Virus record (IMG/VR): IMGVR_UViG_2711768040_000006
Source: a virus
Lineage: Duplodnaviria > Heunggongvirae > Uroviricota > Caudoviricetes
Reading direction: 5' to 3' (one strand)
DNA length: 13,339 nt
The position numbers and the translations under genes are program-made. Below are positions 5,853 to 13,339 of the stretch, one piece after another. Each line of letters starts with the position of its first letter. Position 1 is the first letter of the stretch. The notes under the pieces are model-generated. The model saw only the letters and a program-made list of their open reading frames with translations. It had not been told where the DNA came from and ran no database searches.

Positions 5853-8165
5853 TCAGGGGGCCAGTCTAGACCCTGCTGTAGTCTGGCCTCCAATACGGAT
5901 GGTTGCAGAGTTCTGAATATAGGACCACGTAGTCTTTTTTTCGCTGGATATGCGCCCGTTACTTACTGAGCACGTAGACTGATCTGATTTTACACGCATC
6001 CCCATAACCATTTTTTCAAGCGATGCGTTTTCGTTTACCCGTCTGTTAGCTCCTCCAATATCGCAATAAGGAAATCCGTCTGGCCCATCTGCCGCGGATC
6101 CGAACCCAAGAATAATAGCCGCTCCGGTTTGATGACCGCCGGTATCAAAAACACGCGGCGCTGCATTTGGCGTTTTATACCAGTTCTTATGTACCTCACA
6201 AAGAACCGTAAAAGGAAGATTATAAAGATTATTCTTAATGGGAACTGTAACTATATCGCTTGCGCGGGTCGCCGCCGTCGTTCCTGATATAATAAAAGAT
6301 GATACACAAGGCCCATTTTCTACTTGTGGGGTGGCCAGATAAATATAGTCACCAGATACGGTTGCCCCGCCCTGCTTAGGAGAATACTGTATCTGAGAAC
6401 CTATTTTTAACTCCCCATCAATTGCCTGAATTGTTGCCTCTGCAAAAATCCATCCGGTAGCTTCGTCCTTTCTGACTCTCGCTGTAATCCTTGAGGCAGC
6501 ACCGCCTGTCATATTAATTTCAAGCGTTTGTGTATCAATATACGCATCACCAAGAAAAGTTGTTGCGCTACCGTCATATTTATCAAACCGGATACGCAAC
6601 CTTACCTGCAGTTCTGTTTTAAAACGACATGAGGTTGTCACGTATTTATTATAGCCTGAGACATCAACTGACTTTGTTGCAGCAATTGATGCCATATTAA
6701 TGGCTGAGGTTTGCCCAATCAGAGAATCGTTACAGACGAACTTTCCATAGGTAAAACCAAAACTATCCTTCCCGGTTTCGGGAACATCCATATTTGACGA
6801 TCGCCCCCAACTGGCAGGGTTTTCCGAATTGAGCATGTAGTTTGTTCTTTGCCCCTCAATAAGCAGGCCATCACGTTCAAATCGTGGCTCGTCAATGGCA
6901 GCCTCTGTCAGCACACCAGATTTGTTAATATAGGTTGCTTTCGATGCACGTTTAAACTTAACAATCTTGTCGCCAGGCATCGTTATTTCATCGTCACCAA
7001 TAACAATTTTTTTATATGACGGCGAAAAGCCCGTAATCATATCCAGCGAATCGTTAAATGGTATCCACACATCAGGCAGCGGCTGTAAGACATATTTATA
7101 CGGCTCCGCAGCCTGGCTTGCGTACTCTCTGGCTGCATCTTCGCTTGCTTTAGCTGCCGTCTGGCTTGCTGCCGATGCTTTCGCTGAGTTCGCAGCCGCT
7201 GTTTCGCTCACCTTTGCGTTGGTTTCACTGGTTTTTGCTGCTTTTTGACTGTTAGCTGATGCAGTGGCAGAAGCAGCCGCCGCGCTTGCAGAACTGGCTG
7301 CGGCACTCTCGCTTTGAGCCGCTGCATCCTGACTGCTTTTCGCCGCAGTTTCACTGGCTTTGGCATTCGTTTCGCTGGTCTTCGCTGCCGTCTGGCTGGA
7401 CTTTGCGTTAGTTTCACTCGTCTTCGCAGCTTTCTGGCTGTTAGCCGCAGCAGTTGCTGATCCAGCTGCTGAAGTCGCAGAACCGGCTGCCGCGCTCTCG
7501 CTTTGGGCTGCTGCAACCTGGCTGTTTTTTGCCGCAGTTTCACTGGCTTTAGCATTCGTTTCGCTGGTTTTCGCTGCCGTCTGGCTGGACTTTGCGTTGG
7601 TTTCGCTCGTCTTTGCGGCTGTCTCACTGTTTTTCGCGTTGGTTTCTGATTTTTTGGCTGCTGTCGCGGAGTTTGCCGATGCAGTCTGTGAGGCCGCTGC
7701 TGCCTGTGCGCTGTTAGCTGCATTCGTTTCTGAGGTTTTCGCCGCGTTCTTCGATGATGCCGCTGCGGTTTCGGATTTCTTTGCCGCCGCTGCGCTCTGA
7801 GAGGCGGCTTCGGCGTTGCGTGCCGCTTCTTCCACCATTTCCTCAAAACGACGCAATGCCTCCGGCATGACATCATCTTCCGTCATGGCACCGAGAAAAT
7901 CATTCAGCGTACCTGGTCTGGAACCTTCATAGACGGTAATGGTTCCGGCATGTGAAGGCGGAAAACCTTCAACAAGCAGGATAACGCTGTACTGGCCATA
8001 CTCAACATCCATGCTGTAACGCCCGGCTTCATCCGGATTTTCAGAGGCCACCGTGTTCACCAGTACCGTGGTGCTGTTACGCTTTGCCTTCAGTTGAATA
8101 GTGCAGTTCTGTATTGGTTTTCCCGCACCATCTTTCAGCACACCTGAGATTTTTACTGCTGCCAT
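5853..8165 (-). CDS. stf: Side tail fibre protein Stf (lambda Stf-like N-terminal domain, long Ala/Ser/Thr/Lys repeat shaft, distinct C-terminal domain); 3' end replaced by IS2 sequence
   Basis: N-terminus MAVKISGVLKDG.GKP.QNCTIQLKA.RNSTTV.VNTV.SENPDEAGRYSMDVEYGQYSVIL matches lambda Stf as I recall it. ATG at 8165 with GGAG 5 nt upstream (track ORF starts at GTG 8171). The reading frame runs into IS2 and stops at 5853 inside the element (...TTAGSRLAP*), so the native last ~26 codons are lost. Confidence 0.85.
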   Translation of the reverse strand: MAAVKISGVLKDGAGKPIQNCTIQLKAKRNSTTVLVNTVASENPDEAGRYSMDVEYGQYSVILLVEGFPPSHAGTITVYEGSRPGTLNDFLGAMTEDDVMPEALRRFEEMVEEAARNAEAASQSAAAAKKSETAAASSKNAAKTSETNAANSAQAAAASQTASANSATAAKKSETNAKNSETAAKTSETNAKSSQTAAKTSETNAKASETAAKNSQVAAAQSESAAAGSATSAAGSATAAANSQKAAKTSETNAKSSQTAAKTSETNAKASETAAKSSQDAAAQSESAAASSASAAAASATASANSQKAAKTSETNAKVSETAAANSAKASAASQTAAKASEDAAREYASQAAEPYKYVLQPLPDVWIPFNDSLDMITGFSPSYKKIVIGDDEITMPGDKIVKFKRASKATYINKSGVLTEAAIDEPRFERDGLLIEGQRTNYMLNSENPASWGRSSNMDVPETGKDSFGFTYGKFVCNDSLIGQTSAINMASIAATKSVDVSGYNKYVTTSCRFKTELQVRLRIRFDKYDGSATTFLGDAYIDTQTLEINMTGGAASRITARVRKDEATGWIFAEATIQAIDGELKIGSQIQYSPKQGGATVSGDYIYLATPQVENGPCVSSFIISGTTAATRASDIVTVPIKNNLYNLPFTVLCEVHKNWYKTPNAAPRVFDTGGHQTGAAIILGFGSAADGPDGFPYCDIGGANRRVNENASLEKMVMGMRVKSDQSTCSVSNGRISSEKKTTWSYIQNSATIRIGGQTTAGSRLAP
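5869..5873. repeat. Target-site duplication GACCC (IS2, left flank copy)
   Basis: Second copy of the 5-bp direct repeat flanking IS2; coordinates +/-1. Confidence 0.6.
7140..7800 (-). repeat. Intragenic tandem repeats in the stf shaft region (about 180-bp units; protein repeats of the AAKTSETNAKxSxTAAK type)
   Basis: Near-identical DNA segments recur (e.g. about 7330-7470 vs 7510-7650). The translation shows two ~60-aa near-duplicate blocks plus many shorter SETNAK iterations. Confidence 0.7.
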
Positions 8166-8176
8166 ATCCACTCCAC

Positions 8177-8203
8177 AAAAAAGCCCGCCTGAACCGGCGG
8201 GCT
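8177..8203 (-). terminator. Rho-independent terminator downstream of lom
   Basis: On the - strand, AGCCCGCC-GGTTCA-GGCGGGCT hairpin followed by TTTTTT, between the lom stop (8230) and the stf start. Confidence 0.55.
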
Positions 8204-8229
8204 GTCATAACACTGTGTTACCTGGCTAA

Positions 8230-8829
8230 TCAGAATTTATAACCGACACCCACGATGAAACCGTCAGTGCGCCAGTCACCACTGCCGGAGCCTTCATAAG
8301 CAATATCAATGGCCACGGATTCGGTCGGGTTAAACTGCACGCCAGCTCCCCACGCCAGAGACGTGTTGCTGTGGCGATCATCATCACTTCCGGTCAGCAC
8401 ATCGTGCGTTTTCCCCTTGTTGTCAGTTACGCGGAGATAATCCCCGGAGAACGTCGACACCCGGCTGTAAGCCACACCTGCCATCGCATAAGCACTGAAC
8501 CATTCATTCACGCGTACAGATGGCCCCGCCATCATGCTGAACCAGCGGTTACGCACGGAATCTTCATGCCAGCGGGTATCGCTGTAATGCGTTTTTTGCT
8601 CATCTTTGGCATTGGCATAACTGAATGACGTCACCAGCCCCAGCGTGTCCGTAAATTCATAACGGTATTTCACGTTAATGCCCTTCAGGTCATCACTGCC
8701 TGGCATATCAGTATGGGTCTGAAGATACCCGGCGCTTAGTGTGGACTGATGCTCTGCTGCGCTCGCTGGCGTACCAGCGGCAACCAGCCAGACTACTGCG
8801 GACAGAATAACAGCACATAATTTACGCAT
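8230..8829 (-). CDS. lom: Lom outer-membrane protein (Ail/Lom/PagC beta-barrel family)
   Basis: 199-aa ORF with signal peptide (MRKLCAVILSAVVWLVAAGTPASA) and a C-terminal ...GVGYKF aromatic beta-barrel terminus. Position between J and stf is as in lambda. Confidence 0.9.
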   Translation of the reverse strand: MRKLCAVILSAVVWLVAAGTPASAAEHQSTLSAGYLQTHTDMPGSDDLKGINVKYRYEFTDTLGLVTSFSYANAKDEQKTHYSDTRWHEDSVRNRWFSMMAGPSVRVNEWFSAYAMAGVAYSRVSTFSGDYLRVTDNKGKTHDVLTGSDDDRHSNTSLAWGAGVQFNPTESVAIDIAYEGSGSGDWRTDGFIVGVGYKF

Positions 8830-8850
8830 AATTACCTCTCGCTTTTCTGC

Positions 8851-8877
8851 AATAAAAAAGGCGTCATTTCTGACGCC
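8851..8877 (-). terminator. Rho-independent terminator downstream of J
   Basis: On the - strand, GGCGTCA-GAAA-TGACGCC hairpin followed by TTTTTTATT, between the J stop (8897) and the lom start (8829). Confidence 0.55.
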
Positions 8878-8896
8878 CGTATTGGGGTTATAAAAT

Positions 8897-11800
8897 TCAG
8901 CTGATACTGATGCCTGCGGTGGCTTTCTTCATCACCACAACCAGCAAATCGCTGATACTTGCTGTGGGATACCAGTCATTTACCAGCCATGCTGACACCG
9001 AAAACTCCAGCGTCATGTGACCGTGACCGGCAGGCATATCAATAACGCCACTGTAAATCAGCGTATTATCCAGCGCGGTACGGTTATAAATTTCAGCACC
9101 GTTTTTCCGCACTATCAGACGGCATGAGGAGTAAATATCAGTATGCTCTCTCTCATGTTTAGCGCCGCTGAATGCCACCGCCGGAATAACAATCTGCCGG
9201 TCAAACGGCTGATCGTCATAAACCCTGACGGTAATGGTCCCTGATGGCCACCGTTCCGGTGCACGGGAGTCACGGGGGAAAGCTTTGCCCACTGTTTTAA
9301 CGAGATCGCCTTCAATCTGGTTCGCGGACAGTTTTCCCAGAACCCGGCAGTTCTCGTTAATCGTGACGTTGTTGAGCGTCCCGGAGTTCGCATTCACGTT
9401 ACCGCTGATATCGGCATTTTTTGCCGTCAGCCGCCCGTCCGGTGTCAGGGAAAATGCCGGAGGATTACCGCCGCTGGTAATGGTGGGAGCCGTCAGATAT
9501 TTCAGGAACACTTCATTCATAAATATCTGATCGCCCTGACCAACAAACATCGGCTTTGTGTTGCCATTCGCAGGATTAATCATCGCAATCCTGTCCGCCG
9601 CCAGCAGCACCTGACTCTGCATGCCGTCAGGGGTATTCTCAATACCGGCACCAATACCCGCGATATAAAGGCGTCCGTCCTGCATCTGCTGCAGCTTCAC
9701 AGCCCACATGCTGTTCAGGTTATTATTTGTATCAACCTGAACCTTCTGTATCTGCTGAATTGCCGCACTCTGGTCTTCCAGTTTCTTATTGACGGTCTGC
9801 GTGATTTCATTGCTGACATCCGTAATGGACGTCCTGATTTCAGCCAGGTCAGGCGCAAGCTGACCGTTATCAATCTGCGTCCACAGCTCCTGAGCCAGAT
9901 GGCTTTGCCCTATCTCTCCTTTGAAAAAATCCAGATAGCCGGATGCATCATCACTCGGCTGGCCAACAGCCTCCACAAATGCCGATTTGCCAACGGTGTT
10001 CACACTGCGGATATAAAAGTAATAATCATGGCCCGGTTTGATATTGATACTGGCGGCTATCCAGTACAGCGCCGTGCCAAGATAGCGTGCTGTGGTTTCA
10101 ACCTGCCTGATATCCGCAATCCGCTTTTCCGAGAACCAGAACTCAAACTGTACCGTCGGATCATAAACCGCAAGATACGGCGTGGCAGTTATCTGAAAAT
10201 AGCCCGGCGTCAGCTCAATCCGCGACGGCGCTGCCGGTGCGGCAATCCGGAACGATACCGACGCCGGATCGCCCTGCTGCCCCCACGCATTTACTGCCCG
10301 GACTGTCAGCCTGTAGTTCCCCAGCGCCAGTTGCCTGAAGCGGTATGTGGTTTCCGTCGTCCTGGCCGTGCTGACCAGCCGCTCACTGCCGTCGTCCGCT
10401 GCCACGGTCAGACGGAGCAGGAAGCTCACGCCCTTCACCACCTTCGGCGTGTCCCAGCGCGCCAGCACCTGGTATTCCCCGCTGTCTGCGGTGACTTCGG
10501 CGGTCAGGTGCTGCACCGCTGGCGGCGTGACACCATTCACCGTGCCGCTCTGGTCGCCGTCAAAGTGCGCCCCGTTATCCACGATGGCTTCTTTCTCCGG
10601 CACATGCTGCACGGCAGTGATGGCATACGTGCCGTCATCGTTCTCACGGATACTCACACAGCGGAACAGGCGCTGGCGCAGCGTCGGCAGCTTCAGCCCC
10701 CATACGCTGTATTCGGCAACACCGTCAGGAACACGGCTCACTTTTACCTTCACGCCGTCGGTGACGGACTGAACCTCCACGCTGACCGGATTGCCACTTC
10801 CGTCAACCAGGCTTATCAGCGTGGTACCGGAGGATGGCAGCGTGATTTCACGGTCGAGCGTCAGCGTCCGGGTCTGGCTGTTCACCGCCAGCACGCGACC
10901 ACCGATGCTGATACCGGCATAGTCATCATCACAGATTTCAATGACATCGCCCGGTACATGGCGAAGCCCTTCGGCACCCACGCTGAAGTCCACGGTCTGC
11001 GTTTCCAGCAGTTCCGTTTTAATCAGCCACAGCCCGGCGCGGTGCGCCTGCCCCCGGCTGGTACAGCCAAAGGCATCCATCTTCGTAACATTACGACCGT
11101 AACGGGCAATGGCCTGCGTATCTTCAACAAGCTCTGTCGCCGTCTCCCAGCCGTTGTTCGGGTCAATCCAGTTCACCTCAACGGCATTATGGCGGTCCTT
11201 CAGGGCGCTGAAGCTGTAGCGGAACGGCGCGCCATCATCCGGCATCACCACATTACTGCGGTTATAGGTCCACACCTTATCTGATGGTCGGTCCTGCACG
11301 AACGTCAGCGTCTGCCCGTTCCATACCGGCATACAGCGCATCGCCGAGCAGAAATCACTGAGCACATCCCACGCCTTGCGCTGTGTGGTCAGGTACGCAT
11401 TACAGGTGATGCGCGGCTCCATGCCGCCAAAGCCGTCCGGCACTGACTGGTCGCAGTACTGGCCGATGACATACAGCGCCCATTTATCCACATCCGCCGC
11501 ACCAAGACGTTTCCCCATGCCGTAGCGCGGATGGGTCAGCATATCCCACAGACACCAGGCCATGTTGTTGCTGTATGCCGGTTTAAACGTTCCGTCCCAG
11601 ATACCGCTGTATTGCCGCGTCTGCGGGTTATAATTCGACGGCACCTGCAGAATACGCCCGCGCAGATGATAATTACGGCTCACCTGCTGGCTGCCGAACT
11701 GCTCCGAGTCCACCTGCACGCCGACCAGTGCCGTGTTCGGGTAGCACTGTTTCACATCGATGATTTCGGTGTATGACGACCAGAGCGTTTTGTTCTGCAG

Positions 11801-12376
11801 CTGGTCTGTGGTGCTGTCCGGCGTCATCCTGCGCATCCGGATATTAAACGGGCGCGGCGGCAGGTTATCCACCACCACCGAGGCCAGATACTGCGAGGTG
11901 GTTTTGCCTTTAATGGTGATATCTTTTTCCGTCACCCAGCCACCGTTACGCTGTATCTGAACCAGCAGGCGGACTTCCGACGGATTCCGGTCCCCCTTTG
12001 AGGTGGTTTCCACCAGTGCCTGCACACCGAAGGTAAAGCGCAGACGGTCGATGTTTGCAGACGTGATGGTCCGGGTAATCGGCGTGTCGTATTTCACTTC
12101 CGTACCCAGCACCGTCTCGGAACCGGAGGATTCAAATCCCTCCGGCGGTGTCTGCTCCTGCTCACCTGCCCGGAACACCACCGTGACACCGGAGATGTTG
12201 GTATTCCCCTCACTGTCCAGCACCGGTGTACTGTTCAGCAGCACGCTTTTTAATCCATCCACCGGACCTTCTATCGGCCCTTCGCTGATGGCATCGATCA
12301 CACTCAGTAACTGCGTGGATTTCAGGTTGTCCTTCGCTTCGCGCGGGGTATGCCCCTTACTGCTGCCTTTACCCAT
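8897..12376 (-). CDS. J: Tail tip / host-specificity protein J (central tail fibre)
   Basis: 1159-aa ORF. N-terminal about 800 aa are near-identical to lambda J as I recall it ([45 protein letters not shown]...), with fibronectin-like middle repeats. The C-terminal ~350 aa diverge from lambda. Confidence 0.93.
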   Translation of the reverse strand: MGKGSSKGHTPREAKDNLKSTQLLSVIDAISEGPIEGPVDGLKSVLLNSTPVLDSEGNTNISGVTVVFRAGEQEQTPPEGFESSGSETVLGTEVKYDTPITRTITSANIDRLRFTFGVQALVETTSKGDRNPSEVRLLVQIQRNGGWVTEKDITIKGKTTSQYLASVVVDNLPPRPFNIRMRRMTPDSTTDQLQNKTLWSSYTEIIDVKQCYPNTALVGVQVDSEQFGSQQVSRNYHLRGRILQVPSNYNPQTRQYSGIWDGTFKPAYSNNMAWCLWDMLTHPRYGMGKRLGAADVDKWALYVIGQYCDQSVPDGFGGMEPRITCNAYLTTQRKAWDVLSDFCSAMRCMPVWNGQTLTFVQDRPSDKVWTYNRSNVVMPDDGAPFRYSFSALKDRHNAVEVNWIDPNNGWETATELVEDTQAIARYGRNVTKMDAFGCTSRGQAHRAGLWLIKTELLETQTVDFSVGAEGLRHVPGDVIEICDDDYAGISIGGRVLAVNSQTRTLTLDREITLPSSGTTLISLVDGSGNPVSVEVQSVTDGVKVKVSRVPDGVAEYSVWGLKLPTLRQRLFRCVSIRENDDGTYAITAVQHVPEKEAIVDNGAHFDGDQSGTVNGVTPPAVQHLTAEVTADSGEYQVLARWDTPKVVKGVSFLLRLTVAADDGSERLVSTARTTETTYRFRQLALGNYRLTVRAVNAWGQQGDPASVSFRIAAPAAPSRIELTPGYFQITATPYLAVYDPTVQFEFWFSEKRIADIRQVETTARYLGTALYWIAASINIKPGHDYYFYIRSVNTVGKSAFVEAVGQPSDDASGYLDFFKGEIGQSHLAQELWTQIDNGQLAPDLAEIRTSITDVSNEITQTVNKKLEDQSAAIQQIQKVQVDTNNNLNSMWAVKLQQMQDGRLYIAGIGAGIENTPDGMQSQVLLAADRIAMINPANGNTKPMFVGQGDQIFMNEVFLKYLTAPTITSGGNPPAFSLTPDGRLTAKNADISGNVNANSGTLNNVTINENCRVLGKLSANQIEGDLVKTVGKAFPRDSRAPERWPSGTITVRVYDDQPFDRQIVIPAVAFSGAKHEREHTDIYSSCRLIVRKNGAEIYNRTALDNTLIYSGVIDMPAGHGHMTLEFSVSAWLVNDWYPTASISDLLVVVMKKATAGISIS

Positions 12377-12436
12377 TCGTCATGCTCCATAAACGACAAA
12401 ACCGCCCGCAGGCGGTTTCACATAAAACATTTTGCA

Positions 12437-13108
12437 TCAGCGACCAATCACCACAACCTGACCACCATCCCCTTCGTCTGCCGTGCTGATCTCCTGAGAG
12501 ATCACCCGCGACCCCACGCGCATTTCACCGTACAGAACGGGCAGAACATTGCCCTGGGCAACCATGTTATCCAGTGAGGAGAAATAGGTGTTCTGTTTGC
12601 CGTTATCTGTACTTGCTGCCGTGGGCGTCCTGGCTTTCGGTGCCAGCATCTGCGCCACACCGCCGAGCACCATACTGGCACCGAGAGAAAACAGAATGCC
12701 GGTCATACCACCGGCCCCAATGGCTGTCCCCCATGCTGCAAGGGTGGCTCCGGCGGTAAAGAATGATCCGGCAATGGCGGCTGCCCCCAGGACAATCTGG
12801 AATACGCCACCTGACTTGGCCCCGGCGACTCTGGGAACGATATGAATCACAGCGCCGTCAGGCAGAGCCTCATGTAACTGCGCCGTTAATCCGGACGTGC
12901 TGACATCCTGCCCGGCAATCCGTACCTGATACCAGCCGTCGCTCAGTTTCTGACGAAACGCCGGGAGCTGTGTGGCCAGCGCCCGAATGGCTTCAGCCCC
13001 CGTTTTCACACGAAGGTCGATGCGGCGGCCAAATCGTTGTAAATCCCCGTAAAGGCAGATGCGCGCCATGCCCGGTGACGCCAGAGGGAGTGTGTGCGTC
13101 GCTGCCAT
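12437..13108 (-). CDS. I: Tail assembly protein I
   Basis: 223-aa ORF matching lambda gpI as I recall it (MAATHTLPLASPGMARICLYGDLQRFGRRIDLRV...); overlaps the 3' end of K. Confidence 0.9.
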   Translation of the reverse strand: MAATHTLPLASPGMARICLYGDLQRFGRRIDLRVKTGAEAIRALATQLPAFRQKLSDGWYQVRIAGQDVSTSGLTAQLHEALPDGAVIHIVPRVAGAKSGGVFQIVLGAAAIAGSFFTAGATLAAWGTAIGAGGMTGILFSLGASMVLGGVAQMLAPKARTPTAASTDNGKQNTYFSSLDNMVAQGNVLPVLYGEMRVGSRVISQEISTADEGDGGQVVVIGR

Positions 13109-13339
13109 TTGTCGGTATACCTCTCTCGTTTGCTCAGTTGTTCAGGAATATGGTGCAGCAGCTCGCCATCACCACAGTAAATGGCGGCATGATTCGGCAC
13201 CGATGAACCAAAACAGCACAGCAGCACATCGCCCGGTTGTGCTGATGACAACGGCACCTGATACAGCCCTGTGGCCTCCAGATTATCCAGATAGAGATTC
13301 TGACCGTGACGCCACCAGTCATCCTCGCGATGAAAATCC
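13006..13339 (-). CDS. K: Tail assembly protein K (NlpC/P60-type), 5' partial: gene continues beyond the window end
   Basis: The frame is open from the window edge to the stop at 13006; the track lists only the part from an internal GTG. Translation contains ...PGDVLLCCFGSSVPNHAAIYCGDGELLHH..., and the position upstream of I is as in lambda. Confidence 0.8.
   Translation of the reverse strand, partial: DFHREDDWWRHGQNLYLDNLEATGLYQVPLSSAQPGDVLLCCFGSSVPNHAAIYCGDGELLHHIPEQLSKRERYTDKWQRRTHSLWRHRAWRASAFTGIYNDLAAASTFV

Larger units (their letters stand above)
4538..5868 (-). mobile_element. IS2 insertion sequence (IS3 family), complete, about 1331 bp
   Basis: Termini read as TGGATTTGCCCCTATATTTCCAGACA (low end) and TAGACTGGCCCCCTGAATCTCCAGACAACC on the - strand (high end). 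Contains orfA and orfB, which match IS2 InsC/InsD as I recall them. An A6G slippery heptamer (CAAAAAAG on the - strand, about 5454-5461) lies in the orfA/orfB overlap. Ends +/-1 nt. Confidence 0.9.

Noticed and set aside
5815-5945. Apparent 1-nt discrepancies between my manual base counting and the ORF track (around 5820, 5940 and 12361), which could be read as frameshifts in IS2 insC, stf or J
   Set aside because: The computed ORF track gives continuous ORFs across these positions. The discrepancies fall at line boundaries or homopolymers and are most likely my reading errors, so no frameshift is called there and affected coordinates are given as +/-1-2 nt.
7140-7800. Possible CRISPR array suggested by the tandem repeats
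   Set aside because: The repeats are in-frame coding repeats of a fibre shaft with no unique spacers of regular length; not a CRISPR.
6967-7876. Arg/Lys/Gln-rich 222-aa ORF (7208..7876, -) and Ala/Phe/Leu-rich + strand ORFs (6967..7248, 7360..7800) in the stf repeat region
   Set aside because: Low-complexity translations produced by reading the stf Ala/Ser/Thr/Lys repeats in the wrong frame or strand; the stf frame carries the recognisable fibre protein.
8371-8628. 85-aa + strand ORF within lom
   Set aside because: Antisense shadow of lom.
9115-12392. ORFs overlapping J on the opposite strand or in other frames (9899..11284 of 461 aa, 10347..10772, 9115..9393, 9234..9530, 11531..11776, 11760..11960, 12003..12392)
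   Set aside because: They lie entirely within the J coding region, whose translation is strongly protein-like and lambda-J-like; these are shadow ORFs typical of GC-rich coding sequence.
12377-12436. Hairpin (AAACCGCCTGCGGGCGGTTTT on the - strand) in the I-J intergenic gap as a terminator
   Set aside because: It sits inside the contiguous tail operon just upstream of the J ribosome-binding site; more likely an mRNA structure or attenuator than a full terminator, and I could not support it enough to list as a feature.
12350-13322. Short ORFs overlapping I and K (12350..12577 +, 12574..12759 +, 12588..12845 +, 12970..13206 +, 13134..13322 -)
   Set aside because: They overlap the lambda-like I and K reading frames; the K frame is open to the window edge, and the 13134..13322 ORF is in a different frame with no similarity.

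Overview
This window reads as one arm of an N15-like linear phage-plasmid (temperate phage maintained as a linear plasmid with hairpin ends). It opens with a perfect palindrome of at least 258 bp (1-258) whose 56-bp centre resembles the N15 telO protelomerase target. Next come an F/N15-type sopA-sopB partition operon on the + strand with a CTTTGC-box operator upstream. The rest is a lambda-type tail module on the - strand: K (5' partial at the window edge), I, J, lom, and a side tail fibre gene stf. An intact IS2 (about 4538-5868, flanked by a GACCC duplication) sits in the 3' end of stf. Downstream of it are a small acidic ORF, a frameshifted tail-fibre gene with a C-terminal S74 intramolecular-chaperone domain, and a small membrane-protein ORF. 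No tRNA, rRNA or CRISPR array was seen. All similarity statements come from reading the translations and from memory of lambda, F and IS2 proteins; no search was run. My base-by-base reading disagreed with the ORF track by 1 nt at a few homopolymer/line-boundary positions, so fine coordinates are +/-1-2 nt and the track is treated as authoritative.
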